Source: Planctomycetota bacterium
Lineage (GTDB): Bacteria > Planctomycetota > Planctomycetia > Pirellulales > Pirellulaceae
NCBI GenBank assembly: GCA_052034005.1
Contig: JBPOJB010000032.1
Span: 21,007-85,006 of the forward strand
Length of the DNA: 64,000 bases
Reading direction: 5' to 3'
Shown here: piece after piece, positions 1 to 10,798 of the stretch
Numbering within the stretch: position 1 is the first letter of the stretch
Layout: the number at the start of each line of letters is the position of its first letter
The notes under the pieces: generated by a model
What the model was told of the DNA's origin: nothing
Database searches by the model: none
Seen by the model: the letters and a program-made list of their open reading frames with translations, nothing else
Program-made: the position numbers and the translations under genes

Positions 1-1351
1 CACTGTCCGGCGTCGGGTGTTGCCAGGGGCCGCGATAGGTTCGGGCCAGCCGTCGGTTGGCCTCCTCGTCGCCGACGACACGCCCCGCGGCCGGATCCCA
101 TTGGAGGCTGCGACCCAATTCCATGGACAGGTTGGCCAGGATGCAGCAGGCGGACGAGATGTAGCCCTGTTCGATGTCCGACACGGGCAGTTGCCGGTCG
201 CGGCGCGCGGCGAGGAAGTTGCGCATATGCGCTCGCGTCGCGGGCGCGGCGAACATCTCGGTCGGCTTGTGCTGCTTGTCCTCGGGATACTTGTCCGGTT
301 CTTCCAGGGCGTCCTGGTGCACCTTCGACCCGCCGCCGCCGGGGATGAAGTCGTACGACCAGACGCTGATCTTGAGCGTGCCTTTGTCGCCGTAGAGCGT
401 GGCTCCCCACGGGTAGTCGGGCTCCGGGTTCTCGCCCCAGTTCCGTTGGTTCCAGACGACCTGCACATCCCCGTGGTCGAACAGCGCCGTCTGCGTGTCA
501 TGCAGGTTGATGTTCGAGTCGCGGCTGCGCATCAGGATGCCGCCGCTGGCGGAGATGCTTTTCGGCCAGCCGAGTCCCAGGAAGTACCGCACGACGTCGT
601 AGATGTGGACACACAGATCTCCGGTCTGGCCGTTACTGAACTCGCGGCACGCGCGCCACTGGCGCGGATGGATTCCCGGGTTGTAGTCGCGCCACGTGGC
701 CGGTCCGACATAGGTCTCCCAGTCGAGCGTATCCGGCGGCTGCGCGTTGGGCGGGAATTCGCCCGGCCCGCCATAGTAGCTGTGGATGTCCACGTAGGCG
801 ACCTTGCCGAGTTTCCCGCTGTCGATGAACCGCTCGCGCGCCTCCAGCAGGTGCGGCGTGCTGCGGCGTTGCAGGCCGACTTGGACGGTCCGCTGGTACT
901 TGCGCGCCGCGGCGAGCATGGCCTGGCCCTCGATCACGTCATAGCTGATCGGCTTCTGCACGTACACATCGGAGCCGGCCTGGCAGGCCTCAACCATCGG
1001 CAGGCAGTGCCAATGATCGGGCGTCCCGATCAGCGTGATCTCCGGCTGCTGATCGGCCAGCAACCTGCGGTAGTCGCCATAGGTCGGCGGCTCCTTCTTC
1101 GACGGCTGCCGCTGAGCGACCAGCTTCGCGGCTTCCTCTACCGACAGGCGATCGACGTCGCACAGCCCGACGACGTCGACCGGCGCGACTTGGATCAGAT
1201 GGAACAGGTCGGTCTTGCCGTACCAGCCGCAGCCGATCAGGGCCACGCGCAGCGGCCGCTCTTGTGCCGCCGCATATGCCCCGGCATGTAACGCCGCCAT
1301 GGACATCGCACCGCCAAGGCTCGCCTTCACGAAGTCACGTCGATTCATCAT
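1..1351 (-). CDS. Gfo/Idh/MocA-family oxidoreductase with twin-arginine (TAT) signal; 3' end runs off the window (partial)
   Basis: It is absent from the ORF track because it has no in-window stop. Hand translation of the minus strand from the ATG at 1351 gives MMNRRDFVKASLGGAMSMAALHAGAYAAAQERPLRVALIGCGWYGKTDLFHLIQ...EITLIGTPDHWHCLPMVEACQAGSDVYVQKPIS. This shows an RR-type signal, then a Rossmann GxGxxG and the family core. A GAGGGA SD-like motif lies 6 nt upstream. The plus-strand ORF 17..1291 is its antisense shadow. Confidence 0.8.
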   Translation of the reverse strand, partial: MMNRRDFVKASLGGAMSMAALHAGAYAAAQERPLRVALIGCGWYGKTDLFHLIQVAPVDVVGLCDVDRLSVEEAAKLVAQRQPSKKEPPTYGDYRRLLADQQPEITLIGTPDHWHCLPMVEACQAGSDVYVQKPISYDVIEGQAMLAAARKYQRTVQVGLQRRSTPHLLEARERFIDSGKLGKVAYVDIHSYYGGPGEFPPNAQPPDTLDWETYVGPATWRDYNPGIHPRQWRACREFSNGQTGDLCVHIYDVVRYFLGLGWPKSISASGGILMRSRDSNINLHDTQTALFDHGDVQVVWNQRNWGENPEPDYPWGATLYGDKGTLKISVWSYDFIPGGGGSKVHQDALEEPDKYPEDKQHKPTEMFAAPATRAHMRNFLAARRDRQLPVSDIEQGYISSACCILANLSMELGRSLQWDPAAGRVVGDEEANRRLARTYRGPWQHPTPDS

Positions 1352-1618
1352 GGTTGTTCCCTCATCGTCAGGCAGTGTCGCGAAAAGCCCCGGCCGGCTG
1401 ACTCGATCCCGGCCGCCGCACCCGGTAGATCCTGCGGCGGACCGGCACCGTCCGCCGCGCCGGCCGTATGATAGCAGGAATAGCGTGCCACGCCCACCGC
1501 CCGGGCGCCGCCGCACCGGGCGGCGGGGGTCTCCGGCGCGGCGCGTGGTGCGGGTGCAGCCGGCCCGGCCTGAGTTGACGCGGCGCGCATTGGCGCGCCG
1601 CGCTGCATGGCCGGCCCG

Positions 1619-3250
1619 TCAGTGCGCGCAGCCGGGCCCGAGGTTCTGAAAGAAGTCATTGCCTTTGTCATCGACCAGGATGAATGCGGGGAAGTCGACG
1701 ACATCGATCTTCCAGATGGCCTCCATCCCGAATTCTTCGAACGCGAGCAGCTCGACCCGCCGGATGTTCTCCCGGGCGAGGATGGCAGCCGGCCCGCCGA
1801 TGCTGCCCAGGTAGAAGCCGCCGTACTTCCGGCATGCGGCGGTCACTTGGGGCCCGCGGTTTCCTTTGGCGATCATCACCAGGCTGCCGCCGTGGCGCTG
1901 GAACAACTCCACATAGGCGTCCATGCGGCCCGCGGTGGTCGGGCCGAAAGAGCCGCTGGGCAGGTGGGCGGGCTTCTTGGCGGGGCCGGCATAGTAGACG
2001 GGATGCGCCTTGAAGTAATCGGGCAGCGGCTCGCCCGCATCGAGCAGTGCCTTGAGTCGGGCATGCGCCATGTCGCGCGCCACGACCAGCGGACCGGACA
2101 GCCGCAAGCGTGTTGTGACGGGATAGCGCGTCAGCTCGGCCAGGATCTCCGGCATGGGCCGGTTCAAATCGATCGGCACGGCGCCTTCGTCCCGGCGATG
2201 GCGCAGCGCTGGGGGGATGTACTTGAGCGGCTCGAAGTCGAGCTGTTCCAGGAAGACGCCCTCCGGCGTGATCTTGCCCAGCGCTTGCCGATCCGCGCTG
2301 CAGGAAACGCCCATCCCGATGGGCAGCGAGGCGCCGTGCCTCGGCAAGCGGATCACCCGGACATCCAAGGCGAAGTACTTCCCACCGAACTGGGCGCCGA
2401 ACCCGCTGCGCTGCGCGGACTCGAGCAATTGCGATTCGAGCTCCAGGTCCCGGAACGCGCGGCCGTGTACGTTGCCGGAGGTCGGCAGCGCGTCGAGGTA
2501 CTTCGTCGACGCCAGCTTCACGGCCTTGAGATTCGCCTCGGCCGACGTGCCGCCAATGACGAACACCAGGTGATAGGGCGGGCAGGCCGCCGTGCCGATC
2601 GTCATCATCTTCTGCGCGAGCAGGTCGGCCAGTGTGCGCGGGTTGAGCTGGTCCGGCGTCTCCTGGAACAGGAACGTCTTGTTGGCTGACCCGCCGCCCT
2701 TGGCGATGAACAGGAATTCGTAACTGCCCCCGTCACACGCCGCCAGTTCGATCTGCGCGGGCAGGTTCGTGCCCGTGTTCTGCTCCCGCCACATCGTCAA
2801 CGGCGCCGTCTGGGAATAGCGCAAGTTGTTCTCGGTGTACGCCAGGTAGACGCCGCGCGCCAACGCCGCCTCGTCACCGGTCGACCAGACCGCGTGACCC
2901 TTCTTCCCCAGGATGATCGCGGTGCCGGTGTCCTGGCAGAAGGGCAATACCCCGGCGCTGGCCACGTCGGCATTCCTGAGCATGGTCAGGGCCACCATGC
3001 GGTCGTTCTCCGAGGCCGCGGGGTCATCCAGCACGGCGGCCACCTGCTTCAGATGCGCCGGACGCAGGAAGAAGTTGATGTCGTGGAAGGCCTGAGCCGC
3101 CAGCAGCGTCAACGCTTCCGGGCCGACGCACAGCAGTTCGTGCCCGTCAAAAGACCGCACCGTGACATGCTCCCGGGTCAGCAGTCGATACTGTGTGTCA
3201 TCCGGCCCGAGTTCATACAGCGGTTGGTAATGGAACGGATTGGCTGGCAT
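1619..3250 (-). CDS. fumA: Class I (Fe-S dependent) fumarate hydratase, 543 aa
   Basis: ORF 1619..4033 was trimmed to the ATG at 3250 ([15 protein letters not shown]...). It contains [20 protein letters not shown] and a complete C-terminal beta-subunit-like half ([14 protein letters not shown]..., [17 protein letters not shown]). The upstream 260 codons are Arg/Pro/Gly-rich junk. Confidence 0.9.
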   Translation of the reverse strand: MPANPFHYQPLYELGPDDTQYRLLTREHVTVRSFDGHELLCVGPEALTLLAAQAFHDINFFLRPAHLKQVAAVLDDPAASENDRMVALTMLRNADVASAGVLPFCQDTGTAIILGKKGHAVWSTGDEAALARGVYLAYTENNLRYSQTAPLTMWREQNTGTNLPAQIELAACDGGSYEFLFIAKGGGSANKTFLFQETPDQLNPRTLADLLAQKMMTIGTAACPPYHLVFVIGGTSAEANLKAVKLASTKYLDALPTSGNVHGRAFRDLELESQLLESAQRSGFGAQFGGKYFALDVRVIRLPRHGASLPIGMGVSCSADRQALGKITPEGVFLEQLDFEPLKYIPPALRHRRDEGAVPIDLNRPMPEILAELTRYPVTTRLRLSGPLVVARDMAHARLKALLDAGEPLPDYFKAHPVYYAGPAKKPAHLPSGSFGPTTAGRMDAYVELFQRHGGSLVMIAKGNRGPQVTAACRKYGGFYLGSIGGPAAILARENIRRVELLAFEEFGMEAIWKIDVVDFPAFILVDDKGNDFFQNLGPGCAH

Positions 3251-3477
3251 CACGTCATACCTCGTTGGACGAATCCGCGTTCCAGGCGGCATCGGGCTGC
3301 CACGCGGATTCGCAAGCGGCCGCGAGAGGATGTGGTCCCGCGCCAGTTTAGCAACTGCCGCGGGTTCCGCCAGTGCAAGGCCCGTCCACGAGTGGGCCGC
3401 GGGGCGTGCGCCGGGATCGGACCGGGAATGAGCGCCGCGATGCGGTCTGCCACCATGCGAGGTCCCGGCGCTCGGCA

Positions 3478-6177
3478 CTACCGCGCCTCGAACAGCAGGC
3501 TCATCGGCGCAAACGGCTTGAGCAGAAGGTCGTACTCCGCTCCCGGCACCACCGCGGGTTCCCCGACAGCTTGCCCGCGCAGATCCACCGCGTGCATGCG
3601 TTGCCCGGCAAGTCCATCCGGCAGCCGCAATGTGCACGGGCCGCGATGTCCGGCCAGCTCCCAAAGGCGCAGCACCACGCCGGCGCCGTCGGGGTTCGTG
3701 CCCAACGCAGTGACCAGGACGCCTTTGCGGGAGACGCGCAGGCCTTCCTGGACGGCGGGGAGCGAGCCGTTCGAATCGTTGGCCGCGGCCGCCTGCAGCG
3801 GATACCGGGCCTCCAGGGCGGCGGTGGTCATGGACAGGTCCGCGTCCTCCCCGGCCAGCGACCACAGGCGGACGCGGCTGGTCCACGTCCCATCGTTCCA
3901 CAAGCGGAAGTTGGTCGTCCACTGGTTGTTGAACAAGTTGACATAGACGCGCGAGCGCTGCGGCACGAACACCGGGTCGTACTTCCAGCAGCCCGGCTCG
4001 TCCAGGCTGATCAGCGGGCTGTCCAACGCACAAATGCCCAACCCGGCGCCGCTCCGGTCGATGACCGCCAGGCCGGTGTGGAGTCCCGACAGGTGGTGAT
4101 TGGAACCGGGCACCAGGTCGGTTGCGGGATCGACAATCGATCCGAGCCGCCCGAGCCGGAAGCGCGGTGCAACCGCCCGGATCGGCAAGCAGATCCAGCC
4201 GGCTTCCGGCCAGGAATCCGCCGGCTTGTCGTGGAGCGTCATCTCCAGGTCGACGCAGGGCAGGTCGCGATAGAGCGTGACGCGCGTGGTCACGCGGTGC
4301 TTCAACTGCGCGTCGGCCGCGGAATCCATCACGGCGCTCACCGCGACCGGCGATCGTTCATAGCGCACCTGGAACCCTGTCGGCGGGCTGGCCTGGTAGG
4401 GGACCTCTGCGGCCGGCGGGAGGTCGGGCTTGCCGAGCTCGTTGATGGCCCAGTCCGTGTCGATCTTGACGTACGCCTTGACGAAGGCCGCGACCTGGTC
4501 GCGGTCGAACCGCTCGTAGAGGTACTGGCCGAACGCATGGGGTCCCGCGTCGTCCGCCCAATCGCGGCCCGCCCGGCGGTCGACAAGCCGGCGGACCACG
4601 CCGCGCCCGGGATCCAGCGTCACCGAGAAATGGGGTCCGGCCAGCGTGTGGTGTTGGGCGTCGCAGGTCAGCGGATCGTCAACCTCGGCCGGCTCCGCCG
4701 CGAGGTACGTGCGGTAGCCCAGCGCGGGCACGTCGCGGGCGACGAACCGGATCACGCCCTGACGCGCGTCCACCGGGGTCGGCGAAGCGCCGTCCGCCGA
4801 GCGCACGGCCGACGGCGGCGGGCCCTCCCACGGCGCCGACACCCAGCCGTCGCGCGGCCACGGGAGCGGGTTGAACACGACGACATGCGGTCCGTCCACA
4901 CGCACCGCGCGCGCCAATACCTGCAACTGGTTGGCCACCAGCGGTTCGACCAACTCATGGGCCGCCTCGATGTAGGCCGTATGTTCGGCCCAGGAGGCTT
5001 CCAGCCGGTCGAACTTGCCCGCCGCGCGCTGTTGTCTCCAGGCGTCGCCGTAACTCATCGCTGAAGGGCGGCCGTACACGGCGACCCAGGACAATGCGCC
5101 GCCCCAGGTGTGTTCCCCATAGAGCAAGCTCTTCTCGTACGACGCGGCAATCGTCGGCGCTGCGTCGTCGATCGCCACGCCCCACAACCGCAGCAGCGTG
5201 TTGAGCGACTCGGCCGCGCCGATCCGCGGACGGACGGTGCGCGCCAGCCGCGCGCCCTGCGGATCGCACATCGGGCCGTGGATCCAGGTGTCGGGCATAT
5301 CGCCGCGCACGACGGGAATCGTCGGGTTCTCGGCCAGAAGTGCATCGGCGAAGTCGGACAGGCGGCCGATGCGGACTTTCGCGTTGGGGAACTGCGCTTG
5401 CGCCTGGGCTAACAAGGCCGACACGTCTTCCGGTTTGGGCGGCCCTTGGTTGTCGCCCGTGTGCATCAGCGCCAGCCAGGTGCGGTGGGGCCAATCGGCG
5501 GGCGGGGCGAGCCCGGTGCCGTACCCTTCTGCGGCGTACATGGTCAGCAACCGGGAGCCGTCCGGGCCTTCCCACCAGAACAGGAGCGGCACTTGGGGCG
5601 AACTGCTGGCGGCGTTGCAGCCCAAATGCAGGAATTCCAGCCCCGCGTGTCGCAGCAACGTCGGGATGATCCACGAGTGGCAGGGGACATCCGTCATCTT
5701 CGTGTCGCGCGGCAGCGCGACGCTCACGGCGCGCGACACGCGCGACGCGAAACCGAGCCCCCGCACCAGGTCCTCCGGCTCCAGCAGCTCCGTGTGCGTC
5801 GTGAACGGCAGCCCGTGCACGACGAAACGGCCTTCCCTGAGCGCCCGCTCGATGCGGCCCTCCCGCTGAGCCGTCTGGCCCGGCCAATCCGACATGATCT
5901 GGCTCATGGGCCAGCCGGGCAGCGTCCAGACAAACTGCTGTTCCGGCGGCAGATCGCGATTGCGATCGCACAGGTCCAGCGCCCCGTCGATCATCGTCGT
6001 GCGGTATCGCGCGACGACGTTCTTCGCCATGTCGGTGTAGCCGATGTCGAAGTGGGTCTTGAAGACCACCACGATCTGGTCCACGTCGGCGGCCGGCCCC
6101 GCCTCTGCCGGGGCCGTCGTCGTCCACGCGGCCAGCAGGCAGCACGCCAGGCCAGCCGCCCGTTGGAAGCTATTCAT
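3478..6177 (-). CDS. Secreted glycoside hydrolase, GH38-like (alpha-mannosidase family), 899 aa
   Basis: It has a signal peptide ([26 protein letters not shown]). The N-terminal [13 protein letters not shown] resembles the GH38 N-domain metal-binding HxD motif. Size and layout fit GH38. Its start codon lies 8 nt inside the 3' end of the upstream GH127 gene. The family call is by eye only. Confidence 0.6.
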   Translation of the reverse strand: MNSFQRAAGLACCLLAAWTTTAPAEAGPAADVDQIVVVFKTHFDIGYTDMAKNVVARYRTTMIDGALDLCDRNRDLPPEQQFVWTLPGWPMSQIMSDWPGQTAQREGRIERALREGRFVVHGLPFTTHTELLEPEDLVRGLGFASRVSRAVSVALPRDTKMTDVPCHSWIIPTLLRHAGLEFLHLGCNAASSSPQVPLLFWWEGPDGSRLLTMYAAEGYGTGLAPPADWPHRTWLALMHTGDNQGPPKPEDVSALLAQAQAQFPNAKVRIGRLSDFADALLAENPTIPVVRGDMPDTWIHGPMCDPQGARLARTVRPRIGAAESLNTLLRLWGVAIDDAAPTIAASYEKSLLYGEHTWGGALSWVAVYGRPSAMSYGDAWRQQRAAGKFDRLEASWAEHTAYIEAAHELVEPLVANQLQVLARAVRVDGPHVVVFNPLPWPRDGWVSAPWEGPPPSAVRSADGASPTPVDARQGVIRFVARDVPALGYRTYLAAEPAEVDDPLTCDAQHHTLAGPHFSVTLDPGRGVVRRLVDRRAGRDWADDAGPHAFGQYLYERFDRDQVAAFVKAYVKIDTDWAINELGKPDLPPAAEVPYQASPPTGFQVRYERSPVAVSAVMDSAADAQLKHRVTTRVTLYRDLPCVDLEMTLHDKPADSWPEAGWICLPIRAVAPRFRLGRLGSIVDPATDLVPGSNHHLSGLHTGLAVIDRSGAGLGICALDSPLISLDEPGCWKYDPVFVPQRSRVYVNLFNNQWTTNFRLWNDGTWTSRVRLWSLAGEDADLSMTTAALEARYPLQAAAANDSNGSLPAVQEGLRVSRKGVLVTALGTNPDGAGVVLRLWELAGHRGPCTLRLPDGLAGQRMHAVDLRGQAVGEPAVVPGAEYDLLLKPFAPMSLLFEAR

Positions 6178-8860
6178 CTTTCACCCAGACCTGGGCGCGC
6201 GCGGCCGAGGTATTTCGGTTCAGTCGGGCATAGTTCGGGATGGCCAGCAGCGGGCTGCCGTCGGCCCAGGTTCCCCGGATCACGACGACCCCGTCGAGCA
6301 GATCTCCACGCCACTCGGCTTGCAAGTCCGCACCGGGCTCCAGCACTTTGCCCAGTTGCTGATCCACGCTCTCCAGGCTGTAGATCAGCGGCCCGTAGCG
6401 CAACGCCACGCGCCCCCGGGTTGCCGCGATCTGATCGATCCCTTTGACGCGCTGGACCTTCAGCGGCACTTCCAGCTCGATCTTGTCGCCGGCCCTCCAG
6501 GTCCGCTGGATCACCGCATAGCCGTTGACCACGGGCGGGTCCAGCGCCTGGCCGTTCACCGCGCACGCGGTGATGCCGTCCGCGTCAGGTGTGGACCGGT
6601 AGAGCTCGCTCACGTCATGCTTGGGCACGCGCACCCGGACACACATCTCCACCGGCCTGGCAGGATTCACGATGATCGACACGCGGCCGTTCCACGGATA
6701 GTCCGTGTCCTGGACCATCTCGACATCCGTCCCGGCCACCCCATCGATCGTGACGGTGGAACCCAGGAACAGGTTCACATAGATCCCGTCCCGATCCTTC
6801 GCGTACATCCAGGTCGGCAGCGCCAGCAGCGTGCGTGGGATGTTGCCGACGCAGCACGGGCAGACGTGCCAGGGGTAGCGGGGCCTGCTCGCATCCAGCG
6901 GGTTGTCGTAGTAGAAGTTCTTGCCCGCCAGGTCCAGGGAGCCCAGCAAGGCGTTGTACAGCGTCTGTTCGTACAGATCGACATACTTGGAGTCGTGCTC
7001 CAACAGGTTCAGCCGGTGCTGGAAGAAGATCTCTCCGCAGCTGGAACAGGATTCACAGTACCCGTTGTGGCCGAGCGAATAGTTCGGGCCGAACCCTTCC
7101 GAGGTCTCGCCGCTGCCCACGCCGCCCGTGACGTAGTACTTGGCGTGGACCAGGTTGTTCCACAACGACATGACGGCGCTCAAGTAATCGATGTCCCGGG
7201 TGGCGATGGCGATGTCGGTCATCGCGGCATAGGAATAGACGGCGCGCACCGCGTGGCCGACTGCCTCGTACTGCTGGGTCACCGGCAGATGGCTCTGATC
7301 GTATTCGCTGCCGTCGCGGCGGTTGTCGAGCAGGAACCTGGCCAGCGCGACATAGCGGTCGCCCTGCCCGGCGCCCTCCACACGGTCGACCAGGCGGGCG
7401 AACCGTACGAGCGCTATCTCCATGGCCTGGTGCCCGTCATACCAGGGTCTCTTGGGCGGCGGCCCGATGTGGTCGTCCCAGCAGTCCGCCAGCCGCCTGG
7501 CTGCGCGATACAGCCGATCGTCCGCGCCGTTGGTCAGCAGGTAATGCGCCACGGCGGCGTCCAGGAAATAGCCGGCCACGTATCCCTCGTGATCGCCGCG
7601 GAAACGCGGTGACCAGTGTTCGTGGCCGTTGAGGGTGAAGGCCGTCTGCAGGTAGCCGTCCGGCTCCTGGGCCGCCAGGATTTTCGGGATCCAGTCGTCC
7701 AAGGCCTCGCGCATCGTCTGCTGCGCCTGCATGATCTCCCGGTCGCCGCGCGGGTCGATCATCAACGCGATCGAAGCGGCTTCGATCGTGTTGTAGACCC
7801 ACGCGTTGCAGAACGGATACTGGCGCGACGGCTTCACCGGCTTGCCGGCCAGCTTCGCCGCCGCATCTATGAAGTTCTGGATGCCGCCCTCCGGGAGGTC
7901 CGGATCGGAGATCATGCGAATGCAATGGGGGATCCAGTTGACGATCAGCGCCTTGGCACGCTGGTTCCACAACGGGCTGTCGATCCGGTACGGTCGGACC
8001 TCCAGCGGCTCCAGCGCGGTCGGGGGCGGCAGCTCGGCCACGCGGACAGCCAACTGCGCCGAGCCGGACGCGGGCGGCGTGCCGGCGGTCAGCGTCAACA
8101 GGTACCGGCCGGGCTCGGAGAAGGTCGCTGTTGTCTGGACGGCGGTCGGGTCCGCGAACCGCACGTCACCCGGCCCCGAGGCCTTGCTCCATAAGGTCGG
8201 CGCCTGCGCCCCGCCGCGCAACAACGACTGCACTCGGCCGTTCAAATAGGTCTGGCCGCCCCGCATCACGACGCGATCCACGCCCGCGTCCACACGCGGC
8301 GGAAAGTCGGGCGAGTTGCCCGAGTCATAGACCTTCCATTCCAGAATGCCGGTCGAGTAGTCGCCCTCGGCATCGATCTCCAGACGCAGCCGGGTCGTTG
8401 TCACTTCGTCGAAGTCCGTGGTGTTGTAGCGATGCTCGGCCACGCCCAGTCCCCGCGCGCCGGCGACCGGGACGAACCGATCGTCCTTCCAATACAGCAG
8501 CCGGCAGGCCTTGGGGATCCGGACGCCGCGATGATCGTTCCACCAGTAGACATCGATCTTGCACGTGCTGATCGGCTGACTCCACTGCAGCTCCACCCAC
8601 TGAGTACCCTTCTCGGGCCAGTTGCCGTATTGGCCATGCCGCGTGTCGTTCGAATTCTCGGGCTCATAGCCGTCATTGATGGCCGCGAGCGTCTCATGGC
8701 CGGAGACGAACGAAGTGGCGGGCGTGGCTACCACGGCCAGGTTGAGTTCCTGATCCGGCACACGCGCATCCGCGACGGCGCAGAGCCCCGGAGCCCCACA
8801 GCAGACGGCCAGTCCGCACAGCAACCTCTGCAGCCATCGACGAGTTGCGATCGTGGTCAT
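6170..8860 (-). CDS. GH127-family beta-L-arabinofuranosidase-type hydrolase (DUF1680) with N-terminal discoidin/galactose-binding-like module, 896 aa
   Basis: It has a signal peptide and an AAGGAG SD 7 nt upstream of the ATG at 8860. The core carries YCESCSSCG (Glu-x-Cys) and HVCPCCVGN (Cys-Cys), matching the Zn/nucleophile cysteine motifs described for HypBA1-type GH127. Further matches are GHAVRAVY and YVTGGVGS. The N-terminal ~150 aa form a beta-sandwich module (TQWVELQW...IDVYWW...LRLEIDA...GILEWKVYD). Confidence 0.8.
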   Translation of the reverse strand: MTTIATRRWLQRLLCGLAVCCGAPGLCAVADARVPDQELNLAVVATPATSFVSGHETLAAINDGYEPENSNDTRHGQYGNWPEKGTQWVELQWSQPISTCKIDVYWWNDHRGVRIPKACRLLYWKDDRFVPVAGARGLGVAEHRYNTTDFDEVTTTRLRLEIDAEGDYSTGILEWKVYDSGNSPDFPPRVDAGVDRVVMRGGQTYLNGRVQSLLRGGAQAPTLWSKASGPGDVRFADPTAVQTTATFSEPGRYLLTLTAGTPPASGSAQLAVRVAELPPPTALEPLEVRPYRIDSPLWNQRAKALIVNWIPHCIRMISDPDLPEGGIQNFIDAAAKLAGKPVKPSRQYPFCNAWVYNTIEAASIALMIDPRGDREIMQAQQTMREALDDWIPKILAAQEPDGYLQTAFTLNGHEHWSPRFRGDHEGYVAGYFLDAAVAHYLLTNGADDRLYRAARRLADCWDDHIGPPPKRPWYDGHQAMEIALVRFARLVDRVEGAGQGDRYVALARFLLDNRRDGSEYDQSHLPVTQQYEAVGHAVRAVYSYAAMTDIAIATRDIDYLSAVMSLWNNLVHAKYYVTGGVGSGETSEGFGPNYSLGHNGYCESCSSCGEIFFQHRLNLLEHDSKYVDLYEQTLYNALLGSLDLAGKNFYYDNPLDASRPRYPWHVCPCCVGNIPRTLLALPTWMYAKDRDGIYVNLFLGSTVTIDGVAGTDVEMVQDTDYPWNGRVSIIVNPARPVEMCVRVRVPKHDVSELYRSTPDADGITACAVNGQALDPPVVNGYAVIQRTWRAGDKIELEVPLKVQRVKGIDQIAATRGRVALRYGPLIYSLESVDQQLGKVLEPGADLQAEWRGDLLDGVVVIRGTWADGSPLLAIPNYARLNRNTSAARAQVWVKDE

Positions 8861-9193
8861 TGGTATCTCCTTTCAGTTGTGCAGCTGCCCAATACACGTC
8901 CAGGTGCGATGCGGGCGGTCGAACCGGCCTGCAATCGCGACCCGGAAGGGTGGCCTCTGCCGCCTGTGGCAGCCGGGCGGCCATGGCGGAACGCCGCAGG
9001 CCCCGGCCACCCCGATTTCTCGCGGTGACAACGCGCGAGCAGCCTGGATATCACAAAGCGCCGGTCCCCGTAGCGACGTGGCGGCCAGAACATATTATCA
9101 TGGCAGGCGATCGGATTCATCCACCGTAGGGTGTCCTCGTGAAGGGGGCGGCCACCGAGCTGACCTGACGAGACGGCGCACGCCGCACAGGAC

Positions 9194-10570
9194 ATGGACA
9201 ACTGGGTGCTCAACGCAGTCTATTTGGCGACCGCAGGAGGGATGGTCCTCCTCAACGCGTTCTTCGTGGCCGCCGAGTTCGGTCTGGTCAAGGTGCGGGA
9301 AGGCCAGCTGGAAAGCCTGGTCAAGGAAGGCAAGCCCTTCGCGCGCACGGCCCGCTGGCTGGGTGCCCGGCTGGACACATCGCTGTCCGCCTGCCAGCTG
9401 GGCATTACGATGGCGTCCCTGGGCTTGGGCTGGGTCGGCGAGCCGGCATTTGCCAAGCTGTTGGAGCCGGCCTTCCGGGCGTTGGGCATCACCTCCACGG
9501 CGGCTCTGCACACGTCGTCATTTGTCCTGGCGTTCACGATCATCACGACGTTGCACCTGATCATCGGCGAACAGGCGCCGAAGATCTATGCCATCCGGCG
9601 GCCCGAGCTCGTGGCCCTCTGGTGCGCCGTGCCGCTGAAGGTCTTCTACGTGCTGTCCTACCCGTTCCTGATGGCCCTGGCCGTGACCACCTCGCAGATT
9701 CTGCGGCTGGTGGGGATCCAAGCGACCGAGGCGATCGCGGTGCCGCACAGCGAAGCGGAGATCCGCGCCCTGGTGCGGCAGGCCCATGTGCATGGCGAAT
9801 TGACGCGGGCTGAAGACCGGTTGATCAACGCGATCTTCGAATTCGACGATATGATCTGCCGCCGCGTCATGGTCCCGCGACGGGATGCCGTGTTCCTGGA
9901 CGTTCAGCAATCGTTCGCCGAATGCCTCGAGATCATCCATCGCACGAAACACTCCCGCTATCCGCTCTGCGAAGGCTCGCTGGAGCATGTCGTGGGCATC
10001 GTCCACATCAAGGACCTGGTGGGCGTCGATCCGAAGCTGCCGGTCGACTTGCGCAAATTCGCGCGGCCGCTCCACCAGGTGCCGGAAACCATGCCGATGA
10101 GCCAGTTGTTGCGTCACTTCCAGCGGACCCATCAGCTCATGGCGCTGGTCGTCGACGAATACGCTACGATCGTCGGCGTGGTCACGTTGGAGAACGTGAT
10201 GGAACAGATCGTCGGCTCGGTGGAGGACGAGTTCGACACGGAACCGCCCGCCATCACGCCCGATGGCCAGCGGCAGTTCATTGTGCTGGGAAGTACTCCG
10301 GTCGAGATGGTGAACGAACAGCTCGGACTGCATCTGGAAGCCGAAGATGTCGACACGATCGCCGGTGCGCTGGTGGAACGCGTCGGCCGACTGCTGCAGA
10401 AAGGGGACATCATCGAGCTGCAAGGCGCCCGGGCCGAAGTGATCGAAGTGGAAGGGGCGCGGGCCAAGCGGATCCGCATCATCCTGGATGCGGGGCAGGA
10501 ACGGCCGCAGGAAGCGCCCCAAGGCGAGCCGGCGGACGCCGACTGGGAGAGTGATCACCGGCCGGAATAG
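9194..10570 (+). CDS. CNNM/DUF21 transmembrane domain - CBS pair - CorC_HlyC protein (hemolysin-family, putative divalent-cation transporter), 458 aa
   Basis: The N-terminal 4-TM DUF21 pattern is present (NAFFVAAEFGLVKV..., ACQLGITMASLGLGWVGEPA). It is followed by a CBS pair (VMVPRRDAVFLD..., IVGVVTLENVME) and a C-terminal CorC/HlyC transporter-associated domain (FIVLGSTPVEMVNEQLGL...DTIAG). Confidence 0.85.
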   Translation: MDNWVLNAVYLATAGGMVLLNAFFVAAEFGLVKVREGQLESLVKEGKPFARTARWLGARLDTSLSACQLGITMASLGLGWVGEPAFAKLLEPAFRALGITSTAALHTSSFVLAFTIITTLHLIIGEQAPKIYAIRRPELVALWCAVPLKVFYVLSYPFLMALAVTTSQILRLVGIQATEAIAVPHSEAEIRALVRQAHVHGELTRAEDRLINAIFEFDDMICRRVMVPRRDAVFLDVQQSFAECLEIIHRTKHSRYPLCEGSLEHVVGIVHIKDLVGVDPKLPVDLRKFARPLHQVPETMPMSQLLRHFQRTHQLMALVVDEYATIVGVVTLENVMEQIVGSVEDEFDTEPPAITPDGQRQFIVLGSTPVEMVNEQLGLHLEAEDVDTIAGALVERVGRLLQKGDIIELQGARAEVIEVEGARAKRIRIILDAGQERPQEAPQGEPADADWESDHRPE

Positions 10571-10641
10571 GGAAGTCGGAGCCGGGCTGTGCCGGCGCGT
10601 TCGCGCGGGGTCGCCGGGGTCGTCTGTCGTCTACATTCGCC

Positions 10642-10670
10642 TTGCTTCGTGTTGGACATCTCGGTATCAT
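10642..10670 (+). promoter_or_regulatory. Candidate sigma70-type promoter (TTGCTT-N17-TATCAT) upstream of the DAC-like gene
   Basis: The -35-like TTGCTT is at 10642..10647, followed by a 17-nt spacer and the -10-like TATCAT at 10665..10670. It lies in the 228-nt gap after the CNNM gene. This rests on motif evidence only. Confidence 0.3.
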
Positions 10671-10798
10671 CCCGCCCCAGTCGTGGGATAGGCTGCCAGC
10701 CTGTCGGGCAGGGAAGACAGGCGAGTATGCGTGCCCCACGTGGACGGGCAGGATGCCGATCTCACGGGGTTGGGGACTCCAACAGGCGGTCGAAGCGT

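Noticed and set aside
17-1291. 424-aa plus-strand ORF
   Set aside because: Its composition is Arg/Gly/Ala/Val/Pro-rich and motif-free. It lies exactly antisense to a recognisable Gfo/Idh/MocA gene. This is the typical long shadow ORF of high-GC DNA.
3765-3785. tRNA-like T-arm string (GTTCGAATC)
   Set aside because: It lies inside the GH38 coding region. No acceptor, D-arm or anticodon-arm complementarity can be built around it. No tRNA or rRNA signatures were found in any intergenic region.
3251-4033. N-terminal 261-codon extension of the fumarase ORF (1619..4033)
   Set aside because: The extension is Arg/Pro/Gly junk and overlaps the GH38 gene. The fumarase homology begins at the ATG at 3250.
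3373-5064. 563-aa plus-strand ORF (similar cases: 4955..6145, 5446..6447, 6044..7612)
   Set aside because: These are antisense or out of frame relative to the GH38 and GH127 genes. Their composition is Arg/Pro/Gly-dominated with no motifs.
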